Origin: the human T2T-CHM13v2.0 reference genome, Homo sapiens
Reading direction: 5' to 3' (one strand)
Assembly (NCBI RefSeq): GCF_009914755.1
Contig: NC_060929.1
DNA length: 64,000 bases
Part shown: piece after piece, positions 1 to 15,745 of the stretch
Layout: every line of letters starts with the position of its first letter
Numbering within the stretch: position 1 is the stretch's first letter
Notes under the pieces: model-generated
Databases searched by the model: none
Told to the model about the DNA's origin: nothing
Seen by the model: the letters and a program-made list of their open reading frames with translations, nothing else
Program-made: the position numbers and the translations under genes

Positions 1-741
<741 letters not shown>

Positions 742-984
742 TGAGAAACATTTTCTATAACAATATTAACATTTTTAAAAATATTTTGGAGTCAATTCAT
801 AAAATTAACATAGCTTCTAAAATTTATGTTAGTCTCATACTAGCTAACACCCTAATTTTGACCCTTTCTGAAGGATCAAATACATATTTTTTACATCAAT
901 AGGCCATTTTACCCCACTATTTTTTTAATCTTGGACCCAAGTAAGCTCAGACACTTAAATGGCAAAGACAAAGTAGCACAGACT

Positions 985-1434
985 GGTTGTAGTTATCTAA
1001 TATACATTTATTCCTTCTCAGAAATAGAACCCACAATTTTCAGCTGAGCACATGGCCACCCAGGACAAAGACTGCATTCCCAAGACTTCCTTTTTGAGCT
1101 AGATGTGGCCCTGTGACCAAGTTCTGATAAATGGGAATGCATATGCAACTTACAGGGAGTGTCCTTAAATAGCAGCAGAGTGTTTTCCTTTTCCTGCTGG
1201 CTGGACTGATGATGTGAAGGCTGGAAAGGAACAGCTCTCTTAAACTAGGAGTTGAACCTGTGTATTAAGGATGGCAGAGCAGCATGCTGGAGAGAGCCTT
1301 GGTCTCTGATGATTGAACTGCCATTCTAGCTCAGGACTGCTTCTGTTTACATAAGATAAATAAGCTTTTAACTTGTTTAAGCCATTGTTATTTTGAGTTT
1401 CTATCATTCACAGTCAAACCTAATTCTAATATAG
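985..1434 (+). mobile_element. MLT1 (I/J-like) MaLR solo LTR
   Basis: 'gctagatgtggccctgtgaccaagttctg' and 3' 'aataagcttttaacttgtttaagccattgttattttg...ctaatata'. Confidence 0.7.
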
Positions 1435-2199
1435 ACATCCAGAAGACTATGGACTGCTACACAATGTGGTTAGTTTTATTAAATAAAACATATTAATCTA
1501 GAAATGGAGGAAGATGAACGTCTTATATATTTGCCAGACAATGTTGCTAGAAAATGAAATCTTGTGCCACTTAGCAGCCTTTTCTCAGGGAGATGGCAGG
1601 AGCTTGCTTGTTTTTAGTCTATTGCACACATGATATGATTATGAAACATTGTGTAAAATGCAAAAATATGTGAGAGATTCAAAGAAGATAGGAAACAGAA
1701 TTTTCCCCTATGTCAACAACATGAACAATATGTGGATTTTGTCATAATTTGAAGCTAGTGGCACATGGTATCATAGAAGATGCCACACACCAACAAGAAA
1801 GAACAATGCTGACTTTTCAAAACAAATCACCCAAACAATAAAGTTCTATCAAATTTACAGATTATTCTTCTCTAACTTAAGAAACCTTGCTTTGGAAATA
1901 AATAATATACTATCTTATATAATATATATGCTATAATTTACTATAATTGTTTAAAGACTTGCTATGCACACTGCTAGCTTGTTCTTGTATGAGCTAAATG
2001 TGTCAGAAAGTACTGGGGAATAGGAAAGTATCACCAAGTAAAATAACACCTTACATATGGTGCTTATAGTTCATTTATGCATTCACAAAGTATTGAATGC
2101 CTTCTTTGCACTAGATGCTGAGAAAACAAAGACTAGTTCCATCCCTTTGAAAGTTTAGGATCTTATGAAACAGCAAACTGAAAAGAAAATAAATTACTG

Positions 2200-2385
2200 G
2201 GAACGGCTGACATGCATTGAGCGTCTGACTCTCATGTAGGCATAATTCTAAGGACTCCATGTTTGTCACCTCAATATAAAACCCAAAGCAACCACATGAG
2301 ACAGATACTGTTATCACTTCACAGACAGGGAAACTGAGGAATGAAAAAAGCTAAAAAACTTGCAGAGGTCACACAGGTAGTCATT
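2200..2385 (-). mobile_element. MIR
   Basis: MIR core 'cacagacagggaaactgagg...aacttgcagaggtcacacag'. Confidence 0.7.
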
Positions 2386-2402
2386 TTAAAAAACTGATTT
2401 AT

Positions 2403-2700
<298 letters not shown>

Positions 2701-2759
2701 GGGCGACTTACACTCACATACTGTGGCTTCAGAGCCCGCAACACAATGCAATACTGCAT

Positions 2760-3400
2760 CTCATATGGAAGGAATCATGTAGAAGATGCTGTGGAACATG
2801 AGAGAAACATCCAACCCACACCAGAAAGCCATTTTAGAGGGGATGATGCCTGACCTAGGTCTTGAAGGATGAGTAGAAAATTCATGTAAGGCAGAAGCAA
2901 CAATAACTGCTAATGCATAGGGCAATAAATAGCATAAACTTAAGGTAATTGCAGTTTAAGTGGCTGCAAATAAGCACAGAAGGGAGGTTGGTGAAAATGA
3001 GATTAGAGAGGTAGGCAAATATCTGTCAGCTAACTTATCGCTTGAATTTGATCCCAGTACCTATGAGAAGATTTATAGAAGGACTTAAAGGAGGAGAAAT
3101 GTGATTTCATTTATATTTAGATTATTCTCACAGTAGTAACATGGAGGATGAATTAAAGCAAGGTGAGTCCAGTGTGCATACTATTGGAATTATCCAGGAA
3201 AGTCTTGATGAGGGCCTGAACCAAGCCAATGGCAGTGGAGATGAGGAGAAAGAGATAAATTTGAAAGGAATTTTGGAGGCAGAATCCACAGGAGATACAT
3301 GCAATGTGTGCAATAACAGAGAAACCGCCGATTAGGGATTCCCAGAGCTCTGGCCCAAGAGACTGGATGGATCCAAGACATTAAGCACAGTTTACTTAGC
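2760..3400 (-). mobile_element. L2 fragment
   Basis: 'gatgagggcctgaaccaagccaatggcagtggagatgaggagaa...ttttggaggcagaatccacagga' is typical antisense L2. Confidence 0.65.
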
Positions 3401-3984
3401 AGTTCCATGTAAAATATCTAGACGGTATGCAAGGAAGTTGTAAATGGTGCCACATAAGAAGTATTACAAGAGCGTTCAAAGTACAGAGAATCTGGCAAAA
3501 GTCAAATGACCTTGGGCAGGTGACTAGCACTTGCTTAAAGCTTAGCTAGAAGAGGACAGCTTGAATTTTTAATACTCCAGATCATTTTTTAATCACAGCT
3601 CTGTGCTATGCCACACATCATGTGTTAACAGATTTTTCTCACCTCTGACAGCTGATTATTTCAGAAGACATTTGGCAGTATGGGGAATAACTAGCAGACT
3701 ATGTAAATATACGGGAAGAAAATAGCAACCTATAAATATAAGTCAGGTTGGAAGGTTATTCAGCTGCATCCAAAATAAAGAATCTAGAATATAATTTGGG
3801 TTATTTGCAAAAGGAAAGAGTGACCACTGATTGATTCTAGCCTGAGTTTGGAAACAACAGAGATATTCCTAGAAGGAAAGAAAGCACATGTTGCTTTGAA
3901 ATTGATCTTTAACTGTTTATTATTGAGGATGATGATTCTTCCAAAAAGCCTCTTTTTAAAACTAAAGAGCTTTTGATTGCTCAA

Positions 3985-5325
3985 CAAATGAGAAAACTAT
4001 TAGATGGAAAATCATCAAGGATATAGAATATTTGAAAAATATAATTAACCAACAGTACCCAATTGACATATAAAACATTCCACCCAAAAAAAACGGAATA
4101 GACACTTTTTTCCAGTGCCCATGGAACATTCATTCACCAAGGTAGACCATCTCCTGGGCCATAAAACCTCAACAAATGTTTTAAAATTAAAATCATACAG
4201 AGTGTTTTTCTAATCACAACAGAAACAAACCAGGAATCAGTAATAAGATAAAATTTTCTTAAAATACTTAGAAATTAAACAACACACTTTTAAATGACCC
4301 ATGGGTCAAAGATGGAGTTCAAACAAAAATTTTTAAACACATAAAACTTCAATGCAATTAAAATTACAACATATCAAAATATGTGGGATGCAGTTAAAGC
4401 AATGCTGAGAAACTTACAGCACTTACATTTCTAATGCTTACATTAGAAAAGAGGAAAGATCTCAAATTAATAAACTAAGTTCCCACCTCAAGAAATTAGA
4501 AAAACAAGATCAAAGCAAACTCAAACCCAGCAGAAAAAAGGAAATAATAAGAGCAGAAATCAATGAAATAAAAAATAGGAAAATGATAGAGAAAGTCAAC
4601 GAAATAAGAGGGTGGATTTAAAAAAATCAATAAAATTGATAATCCTCTAGCGATACTGGTAAAAAATAAAAAGAGAAGACAAAAGTTATCAATAGCAGGA
4701 ATGAAATAAGATATCACTACAGATCCTGCAGCCAGTAAAAGGATGATAAGGAAATACTACATGTATTAGTCCATTTTCACAGTGCTATAAAGAACTGCCT
4801 GAGACTGGGTAATTTATAAAGGAAAGAGGTTTAATTGACTCACAGTTCAACATGGCTAGGGAGGCCTCATGAACTTACAGTTGTGGTGGAAGGTGAAGGG
4901 GAAGCAAGGCACCTTCTTCACAAGGCATCAGGAAGGAGAAATGCCAAGAGAAGGGAGAAGAGCCCCTTATAAAAACCATCAGAACTCATGAGAACTCACT
5001 CACTATCACAATAACATCATGGAGGAAACCATCCCCATGATTCAATTACTTCTACCTGGTCTCTCCCTTGACACATGGGGGTTATGAGGATTATGGGGAT
5101 TACAATTCAAGATGAGGTTTGGGTGGGGACTACAAAGCCTAACCATATCACTACATAACAACCTCACGTTCATGTAGTCAACAACTTTGAAGAAATAGAC
5201 CAATCAATTCCTTAAAAATAACAAACTACCAATACTCTGCCTAGATTACATTGATAACCAAATTACCCCTATAGCCATTAAATCAAATTTATAATTTAAA
5301 AGCTTCTGAATAAGAAATCTTGGAC
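3985..5325 (+). mobile_element. Old L1M ORF2 (endonuclease region), split by THE1 and by a younger L1; resumes at ~10,810-11,012
   Basis: EN-region motifs 'ccatggaacattc..accaaggtagaccatctcctgggccataaaacctcaacaaa'; the sequence stops at 'aagaaatcttggac' and continues as 'cagatggtttcactgtagaattctaccaaa' at ~10,812. Confidence 0.85.
4762..5150 (-). mobile_element. THE1 (C/D-like) solo LTR
   Basis: TG...CA termini ('tgtattagtcc'...'aaccatatca') and perfect 5-bp TSD ctaca (4757-4761 / 5151-5155). Confidence 0.95.
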
Positions 5326-6202
5326 TCCCAATTTCTGGTCCAACATATAAGAAACTTTGACGTGGTCACTCTGCCCTAATCACAAGTAAAAAGCTGAATA
5401 ACCTGAAAAATCAACAGCTCCTCTTAGGTCCATAAGAGAAGAGAGCTTGTAGGGCAAATTGCTGCCCCCCAAATTGGGAAGCAGGTAAATACAGAGAATC
5501 ATAATTTACCAAAGCAGGAGCTCTTGAGCAGAAACCTATGTGGAACTGGTGACAGGGTGGGAGAATCTGAACTGTAATTGACAAATTGCTGGAGGCTCAG
5601 TGTGGACAAGTCTGGAAGATAAAAACTCCAGGGATACCCAGTCAAGGGGAATGGGGAAGATGGCACATTTTTGTGAGAGTAAATATCAGAGAAACATCCC
5701 TTAATGATTCCAGTAAAAGGAAAGAAAATGAGTAATTGTGAATGCTCCAGAGCATTCTGTTCTTCTTAACAAAGCCTGCCCTCAGAAGAAACAAATCACA
5801 GCCTAACCTGCTGGGGTTTTATCAGAGCCTAGCTGACCTGGGGGAAAGGAAATATCCAACCAGCTGGTTCAAGCCTTCTTAGTAACACAAGAAAAATACC
5901 CAACTCAAGCCTCCTCTAGCCATCCTGTCCCACCTAAAGGGGAAAAACTGAGAACCACTCCCTAAGTTTACAGTCCAGAGGCATGGGCTCACTAAAAGAC
6001 TGAGACCTAACCACAGGGCTATGGAAGACTTCCCTCACCCCACATCTTACTACCACATTACGAAAGGCTTATTTACAAAGTTCTCTTTACCCAGTACACC
6101 ATGTCAGGCTATCAAAAAAAAATTACATAGAAAGAAAAAAATGATTGCTATTTACAGATGGCTGATAAAGACCACAAATCTGTGACTAGCATCTTTTTAT
6201 CA

Positions 6203-6577
<375 letters not shown>

Positions 6578-7892
6578 TAATGATGAAAGACTGAACACTG
6601 AATATTTTCCTCAGAAGATTGAGAACCAGATAAGAATGTTCACTTTTATTATTTCCTCTAAACATTGTTCTGGTGATGCCAGGAAAATTATGCAAGAAAA
6701 AAAAGACCTTCAGTTTGAAAAGTGAAAAATAAGTTATCTTTATTTCAGATGACATCAAAAAAGAAAAAACTACAAGGTATACTAAAAGGTGAAAAACATA
6801 ATGTGAAAAAACAGAGTTAAGTATCAGAACCAGACCCAGATATAGCAGGGATGTTGGAATTACCAAATTGGGAATTTAAAACAACTATGATTAAGATGAT
6901 AAGGGCTTTAATGTGTAAAGTAAACACTATGCATACAGATGGGCAATGTAAGCAGAGAGGTGAAATTCTAAGTAGAAACCCAAAAGAAATGCTAGAAATC
7001 GAAAACACAGAACTACAGAATAATGAGCTTATTGGCACATTGGACATGGCTGAGGAAGGAATCTCTGAACTTGAGGATATCTCAACAGAAACTGCTAAGA
7101 CTGAAAAACAAAGAGAAAAAAAGACTGAAAACCCCCCAGAATATTCAAGAACTGTGGGACAACTATATAAAAGGTATAACACACATACAATGACAATACA
7201 AGAAAGAGACAAAAGGAAGGGAAGAAAAATATCTGAAATGATAATAACTGGGAACCTTACCAAATTAATGTCAGATGCCAAACCACAGATCTAGGAAGCT
7301 CAGAGAACACCAAGCAGGATAAATGTCAAAAAACTATGCCTCAGCATATTCAAACTACAGAAAACTAAAGATAAACCAAAAATCAGGAAAAAAGCCACAG
7401 GGGAAAAAAACACCTAACTTACAGAGAAGCAAAGATAAGAATTACATCCAGCTTCTCAGAAACCATGCAAGCTGGAAAAGAATGGAGTGAAACATTCAAA
7501 GTGTTGAGATAAAAAGAAAAAAAGCCAACCTAAAATTCTGCAAAATTATATTTCAAAACTGAAGGAGAAATAAAGACTTTCTCAGACAAATAAAAATGGA
7601 TGGAATGGATTGCCAATAGATTTGCCTTGCAAGAAATGTTGTAAGTTCTTTAGAGAGAAGGGAAAATATATAAGTCAGAAACTCATATCTACATAAAGGA
7701 AGAACAAGAAAGAATGAATAAGTGAAGGTAAAATTAAAAGTTTTATTTGTTCTTATTTTAATTAATCCCACAGAGAAGAGTTTGTTCAAAAAAATAATAA
7801 CAACAATGTACAATAGTTCCCATTTATCTGCAGTTCCGGTTTCTTTGGTTTCATTTACCTATGGTCAACCAAGGTCGAAAATATTACAGGGA

Positions 7893-8190
<298 letters not shown>

Positions 8191-8250
8191 AATACAATAC
8201 AATACAATACAATACAATACAATACAATACAATACAATACAATACAATAC
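8191..8250 (+). repeat. (AATAC)12 pentanucleotide microsatellite in Alu tail
   Basis: 12 perfect units counted directly. Confidence 0.97.
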
Positions 8251-8388
8251 CAGTACCAAATGGAAAATTCTAGAAATAAACAATTCGTAAGTTTTGAATT
8301 GTCCGCCGTTCTGAGCAATGTGATGAACTCATGCCATCCTGCCTGGGGCGTGAATCATCCCTTCATCCAGCGTATCTATGCTGTATAC

Positions 8389-8726
8389 TAGCGGTCCCCA
8401 ACTTTTTTGGCACCAGAGACCAGATTTGTGGAAGACAATTTTTCCACGGACGGCAGGGTGGTGAGGGGATGCTTTCTGGATGGAACTGTTCCACCTCAGA
8501 GCATCAGGCATTAGATTCTCATAAGGAACACTCAATCTAGATCCCTCGCATACCGGTTCACAATAGGATTAGAGCTCCTATGAGAATCTAATGCCGCTGC
8601 TGATCTGACAGGAGGTGGAGCTCAGGCGGTAATGCTTGCCGGGTGCTCACCTCCTGCTCTGCGGCCCGTTCCTAACAAGCTACAAACAGGTCCAGGTCCG
8701 CGACCGACGGGGGTGGGGGACCTCTG
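8389..8726 (-). mobile_element. MER1B (hAT-Charlie)
   Basis: TIRs 'tagcggtccccaac' / 'gtgggggacctctg'; 8-bp TSD ctgtatac / ctgtgtac. Confidence 0.9.
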
Positions 8727-10735
8727 CTGTGTACCCTAACCACATGTCAGTCACTTAGCAGCCATTTTGGTAATCAAATCAGCTGCCTCAGTATCGCAGT
8801 CCTTGTGCTGGGCCCCAAAGCACAAGAGTAGTGATGGTGGCAGTTTGAATAGGCCAAAGGGAAGCCTTAAAGTGCTCCCTTTAAATGAAAAGGTGAGTTT
8901 TTTTACTTAATAGGGAAAGGGGAAAAAACCAAATGCTGAGGTTGCTAAATTCTACAATAAGAATGAATTTCAATCCATGAACTGTGCAGAAAGAAAAACA
9001 AATGCATGCTAGTTTTGCTGTCAGACCTCAGACTGCAAAAGTTACAGTCACAGTGCATGATAAGTGCTTTGTTAAGATGAAAAAGGCATTAAATTTGTGG
9101 GTGGAAGATGTGAACAGAAGTGTGTTCCACTTGATGCCAATCAGTGTCAGTACTATCTTTGATTTCAGGCATCAACTAGGGGTCTTGGAAGGTATCCACT
9201 GAAGATAAGGGGGGACTACTGTATTTGATTATGTATCCTTCTGTGTTAGTGAAATGAATGCAAGCAGTGATACACAGAGGATGGCAGGGAGGAATTGTGA
9301 TTATTTTTTAATTATAAGGTACTTGCACTAATTGTGAAGCAGTATAGTGTTATTTGAACGTGGATTAGTTGTGAATATATATTGCAAACTCTAGGGCAGC
9401 CACTGAAAAAAAGGTAAAAAAAAAAAATACAACTGATATGTGAAGAAAGGAGAAAAAAGGAATCATAAAATATTCAATCAAAACCACAAAAGATAGAAAA
9501 AGAGTGGAAGACAAAAAGGGAATAAGAAAAAGGAGGAACAAATAGCAGTAATAAATATGCTAGATATTAATCCAAATATATTACTAATCACTTTAAATGT
9601 CAGTGGTGTAAGTGTACCAATGAAAAGACAGATTATCCAAATTGATCAAAAAACCACCCAACTCTACATTGTCTGCAAGAAACCCACTTTAAATATAAAG
9701 ACACACATAGATTAAAAGTTAATGAATAAAGAAAGATATACTATGCTAACACTAACCAAAACAAAGCAGGACTAGCTATATTAATGTTAGAGCAAACTTC
9801 AGAGCAAGGAAATTTCTCAGGGATAGAGAGGAGCATTATTACATAATGATAAAAGGCCTAATTCTCCAAGAACACATAACAACCTGTCACCTGACAAGCA
9901 CACATCAAAATAAAGTAGGCAAAAACTAATAGAACTGCAAAGAGAAAGAGATGAATCCACTACTGTAGTTAGAGGCTTCAATATCCCTCTGTCAGAAATG
10001 GACAGATCCATTAGGCAGAAAATCAATAAGGACATAGTTGAACTCAGTGACCCATCAATCAACTGGATATAATTGACAAAAACCTGCACACAGATGTTTA
10101 TAGTAGCTTTATTCACAGTTACCAAAACTTGGAAAAAAACAAGATGTCCTTCAGTAGATGAATAGATAAAGTGTGGTATATCCAAACAATAGAATATTAT
10201 TCAGCACTAAAAAGAAATGACTGTCAAGCCATAAAAAGACATAGAGGAAACCTAAATGCTTATTATTAAGTGAAAGAAGCCAACCTGAAAAAGCTACGTG
10301 CTGTGCGTAGCTATGTGCTGTGCTGTGTGTCACATACTACAGTATATGACATTCTGGAAAAAGCGAAACTACAGAGACAGTGAAAAGATGAGTGGTTGCC
10401 AGGGGAGAGAGGAATGAATAGGCTGAGGATTCGCAGGGCAGTGAAACAACTCTGTGCAGTACTATAATGGCGCATACATGTCATTATACATTTGTGTAAA
10501 TCCATGGAAGGTATAACACCAAGAGTAGAGCCTAATGTAAACCACAGACTTTGGGTGATAATAATGTGTTAATGTGGGTTCATCAGTTGTAACAAATGCA
10601 CCACTCTGGTGAAGGAAGTAGATAATGGGGAAGGGTACCCATGCGTGGGGACAAGAGAGCATGTGGAAAATATCTGTACCTTCTGCTCGATTTTGCTGTG
10701 AACCTAAAACTGCTCTAAAAAATAAAGTCTATTAA

Positions 10736-10800
10736 AAGAAAGGAAGGAAGAGAAAGACGAAGGAAGGGAGGAGGGAGGGAAGGAAAGAGGGAAGGAGAAG
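10736..10800 (+). repeat. GA-rich low-complexity tract (L1 tail)
   Basis: (GAAG/GGAG)-rich purine run. Confidence 0.85.
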
Positions 10801-11036
10801 CCGATCAATTGTCAGATGGTTTCACTGTAGAATTCTACCAAAAATTTAACACCAATTTTACACAATCTCTTCCAGAAAACAGAAAACTACAGACTAGCAT
10901 CTTTCATGAACTCAGCCACAAAATCCTCTAAGATATTAGGAAATCAAACCCCACAATGTGTAAAAAGAATTATACACCATGACCAAGAAGGATTTAGTCC
11001 AGCTATGCAAGAGCTTTTGATATGCAAGAAGTAGAG

Positions 11037-11264
11037 TTTTTGTTTTTGTTTTTTTGAAACAGGATCTCACCCTGTCACCAGGCTGGAGTGCAGTGGTGTG
11101 ATCATGGCTCACTGAAGCACCGTGTCCGATTAATTTTTAATTTTTTTAGAGATGGGGGGTCTTGCTATGTTGTCAAGGTGGTCTCGAATTCCTGGGCTCA
11201 AGTGATCCTCCCTCCTCAGTCTCTCAGAGTGCTGGTATTACAGGCATGAGCCACCCTGCTAGCC
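11037..11264 (-). mobile_element. AluJ with internal deletion
   Basis: 11-bp TSD aagaagtagag (11026-11036 / 11266-11276); right arm shortened. Confidence 0.9.
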
Positions 11265-12260
11265 TAAGAAGTAGAGATTTTGATAAGGCATTACAGAAGC
11301 CTCACTCTTTGTTCTAGGAAAGCCTACCAGAAAGGGTCTTTGGGTATGCAAGTCACAGGCCATAATGAAAAAAGAAATAGTTAAGAGAGTACCTCTCAAG
11401 GAAAAAAGAATGCTCAAGCTGAGATAAGAAAATGTTATCTATGTTATAGGACGAGCTGATTTTCTGCAAACACCATTTCCTTTGGAGGCATGTTTCCTTT
11501 TGGATTGTGGTTTTAGACTAACTGTGCCTAAACGCTACTATTGGTCCTTGCGCATTTTTGGTGGATAGTTAATCAAAGATATAAAGGACCTGTTTTCATG
11601 AAACACCTTGCGATGGTCTGGGCATAAGTGGTGCAGCTTCAGGGCCCTGGCAATGACGTAGGACCCAAAAGTTAGAGAAAGGGCTGATTTCCCTGTGAGA
11701 AATCAGCTGCACTGGATCCAGCATCCCTTTGGCTCCTAGGGGATTTGTAGCTTCAGGGAAAAAAGTATATTCCAGAAAAAATAAATGGAGGCTGCAGACA
11801 TGGACTCAGGGAAGCTGGAACATGAGAGAGAACACAGCAGTCCCATGTGATGATTGCTCCTAACAGGCTGGACTGTGGGCATGCATGAAGCCAGGGGCCC
11901 TTTGAAGAATCACAGAACTTTCTGTGGGAATTTTGCCAGAAGTGTGAGCTACAGGAACTTTGAGTTACTAAAGTTAAAACTGCAAAAACTTAAGATTTTA
12001 CCCCATCCCCGTGAGTCCTTCCAATGGGCATCTCGTTTTTTCCCTTCTCACTACCACTGGTGGCCTCTCCAGCAGAGGAGGAAGAAAAATCACTTACCAT
12101 TAAATTAATCTCTGCAGAGATGCATGCTGATCTCCCATCAGGTCAGCCTTTGAGAATGTTATTATCAAACAAAATACCTCTCATCCCTGTCTGATAAGAT
12201 TTGCATTTGGATTACTCCACAGTTAAAAGGCTTTCAAGAAAAATAACAGATATAATTTAA

Positions 12261-12820
12261 TGTGGTAGCCAGCCTCCAGATGGCTCCCTAATGACTCTTG
12301 CCTCCTGGTGCTCATTACCTTCCTTGTATAGTTCCCTCCTACAGTGTATCAGGGTTGGTCTGTGCAACCAACAGAATCCAATGGAAGTGACAATGTGCGA
12401 CTATCAAGGCTATGTCATTTAAAACATTCTACCCCCTCCTTGTTTTCTCTTTGATCATTCATGCTGGGGAAACCAGCTACCATGTCATGAGAATACCAAA
12501 ACAGCCCCATGGAGATATCCAAGTGGTGAGGAACTGAGGCCTCCTCCAACTGCCAGCATCAACTTGGCTAACCCTATGAGTGAGCCCGTTTGGAAATGGA
12601 TCTTCCCGCCCCAGTAAAGCCTTTTGAAGACTACAGCCCTGATCAACATCATAACTGCCAAGTGATGGATTAGCAAATCTCATGGCAGACCCTGAGCCAG
12701 AACTATGCAGCTAAGCTATTCCTGAGTTAATGACCCTCAGAAACTTTGTGAAAAATAAATTACTGTTCTTGTTGCAAGTTTTAGGATGATTTGCTAAGCA
12801 GCAATATTTAACCTATATAC
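12261..12820 (+). mobile_element. MLT1F-like solo LTR
   Basis: Starts 'tgtggtagccagcctccagatggctccc'; internal 'gaggaactgaggcctcc', 'accctgagccagaac'. Confidence 0.85.
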
Positions 12821-13574
12821 CTAATTTATATCTACATGAATAAGACAACAAAGTAATCCTCCCAAATGAAGAAAAAGACTTCCCCCACAACACATTTTAT
12901 CTTCTACCTTTAGTCAACTAAAGCAAATTTCTGGCACTTTTCAAATTGAGTCACATTTTTGTCTCCACTTAGAGACAACTGTGTTCAAAAATATAAAGTC
13001 TGGGTCCAAAACACCCACCATAGTACCATACAGGCAGCTAGCTAGGCTGCAAGGACTGCTAAATTAATTTAACAAAGCAGAACAAAAATTAGTCTAAATA
13101 GTATCTATGGGTAAACAACATCATTATACTCAATTATCTGACTCAGAAGAATAGCCAAAAAATCTGACAGTAATTTGATTTTAAAAGAGAACTATGATAA
13201 AATGCTATTATTAAAGAAAAACTAAGTGGTATATTTTCTAAAGCAAAATATCCACAGAAACAAACACATTCAAAATATTTTATTGAAACTCCAAGGAAAA
13301 TGCTGGCCTTCACATAAGGTGAAGAGCTTAAATAAATCTCAGAGGACTAACTGCAATGTTAGAGGCAAATTAGGATGTGATAAGTAGTGCAAAAAGAAAT
13401 CACCAGAACCCGAGATAACTACCCAAGTTTTGGAGGATCTCAAAGATGAGATCATGTGTTGTCATCATGTGTGGTTTTGTATTGTACGCTTCATGTGTCT
13501 GTCTCTTAACCTAAATTGTAGCTTTTAGAAAGTACGGACTCAGTACCTAGCTGAATTTACTGCTCATAGTAAGT

Positions 13575-14090
13575 GCTCTAGTCTGAGTTCTCTAGAAAAA
13601 AAAAAAAATGAGTGTGAGGCCAGGCTTATGGACAAGTGTAATCCCAGGGCAGCAAGAGAAAAGGAAAAGAAAATTGAAGCAGCAGAATATGGGAAGCAAA
13701 TGTAAGGTAATGCATTGATCACACTGGCTACTATTCCAAAACAAGCATTGCTTGACTCCCACTTGGCCATGCAGGACCTGTCTGGGCAGGCTATATGGAA
13801 AAATCATAACTCAGAACAGTCCACTACAGGGAGAAGTAGGGAGAGAATTTTTCTGCTAGCTCCATCCTGATTCCTATTTCCCCCTAATCAAAATTTGCTC
13901 TATGAAGAGTGGATTCCTCTGAACACCCAGGCGGTGGCCACTTCGGCAGCCACTAGCAGCTAGTCTTCTATGTAGAACTTCATAGAAATCTAGTAATGGT
14001 AAGATAGGCCAGAGATTCTGAGTGTTAGCCTCAGGTAAGAGAAATGCATGGGCCCACGTAGAGCTCTTCACCACAGTAGCTATGGCAAAG
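13575..14090 (-). mobile_element. ERVL LTR (LTR41/LTR33-like)
   Basis: 'gagttctctagaaa...tgaggc...aatcccagggcagcaagag...gggaagcaaat' resembles the LTR41 family. Confidence 0.5.
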
Positions 14091-15144
14091 CCATAAAAAC
14101 ACAAGGCTTTAGAAGTCAAGTAAGACTGAAAGACTGCATTTGATATAGCCATTGTTGGTAGATATCTGTGGCTAGACCCTTCTTGTAGTCTGAACGACAA
14201 ACAGGAAAATAACAGGTACCCAGTATAGCTTCAAATTTCAGTTTTATCCAACTTAATACATAAATCTAGCTTATCTAGTCAGCTTCAGCCAGCTTTTACC
14301 CCATACCAGCAGGGCATCATTGTCTTCGAGATACAGCTGAGAGACAAAAAAATGTATTGTCATATTGTCAGTCTTCTATCAAAATTGATCTTTCTAGGAA
14401 CAACCATCAGGTTTTGGTCAAATTGCTCTTCTCAAATCTTCCCAATGTTTCAGGCTGGTTTCAGAATCCAAAAAATCCAGCCATATCCTGAGTAGCAGCC
14501 CAGGTTGATTCATTTTATGCAAATTTTTAGTACATGAATTGGAAATACTAGTAAAGGTATATTTTGTGCATAAAATTTGAAATAATTCAAATTCCCTATT
14601 TTTTAAAAGAAATTGCATAAGTTTGAAGCTTGTAAATGGTATTTATATTATTGCCATTTATTGGATCTACTTTAAATGGTAAACAAGCAAACCTACTGTC
14701 ATTTTTCAGAATGAGTCATGAATTATGTGAGATACTTTAAAACATATACTCACAATGCATCTTCCTGGAATTTTGCTAGTGTTAATATCATTTTACAGAT
14801 GAAGAAACTGAGTCATACGGTTGAATTTTGGGTCTCAAAGCCAAAGTGTTCAAACTCCAAGTCTTTTCCATTATGTTACATCCATGGTTCCATTCCTATC
14901 AACTTGGTGTTATGATCACATGTAATAAGCAAACTTGATCTTCACACATCACATTAATAAAAACATTGGCTGAGCCTGCAATATTCTACCCAATTTGTTC
15001 CTTTAAGTTGATTTTAAGCTAGTAATAGATATTCTTTTTATAGTATGGGTCAACTACACATCCATTTATCTACTCTAAATGTCAGCAAGACATTTATCTC
15101 CAAGTTCACCATTTATCTCCAAGAAAGTAATAATGGCAATAACC

Positions 15145-15365
15145 ATAAGAATACTAATATTTTTCACTTTTTGAGTACCTGGTACTGCCTTGGAGTCTTC
15201 ACATATATTATTTCATTTAATTCTCATAACAGCCATGTAAGGCTGTACTATCATCATTTTCATTTTATAGATAGGAAAGCTGAGGCTCAGAGACATTAAA
15301 TAATTTGGCCCAAATCACATAGCTAGCAAGACTATACTTAGTTCTGGACTCAGATTTTTTACCAT
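15145..15365 (-). mobile_element. MIR
   Basis: 'atttcatttaattctcataacagcc...cattttatagataggaaagctgaggctcagaga'. Confidence 0.8.
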
Positions 15366-15439
15366 TGGCCCAAAGTACGTTATGTTTGCATAGTACATTA
15401 TATTTGCAAAGTACGTTAGAACTAAAAACAAAAATGTTT

Positions 15440-15635
15440 GTACATGTGCATTAACTCATTTAATATTTATCACAACTCATTTTATCATTATCACAGCTCA
15501 TTTTACAGATATGGAAACAGAGGGTCAAGGAGTTTAGATGTCTTTTCCAAGTCAAAAGATATATTTTCTTATAGCTAATGAATGTCAGAGATGGGAGTCA
15601 AAGCTCTAGACTCCTTGGTCAGGGTTCTTTGTATG
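15440..15635 (-). mobile_element. MIR
   Basis: 'ctcattttacagatatggaaacagagggtc'. Confidence 0.65.
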
Positions 15636-15649
15636 CACTGTTTCTCATT

Positions 15650-15745
15650 AGAGACTATCAAATGCTTGGTTGAAATCAAGACTATCTGTATTCAACTCAT
15701 TATTTGCTAATCTATCATCCTAGAAACATCATCTAAAAATTAGTA
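15650..15745 (-). mobile_element. L3/CR1 fragment
   Basis: 'gagactatcaaatgcttggttgaaatcaagac' matches the antisense CR1 RT region. Confidence 0.5.

Noticed and set aside
3141-3335. Acidic 64-aa ORF (MEDELKQGESS...)
   Set aside because: Antisense reading of an L2 fragment
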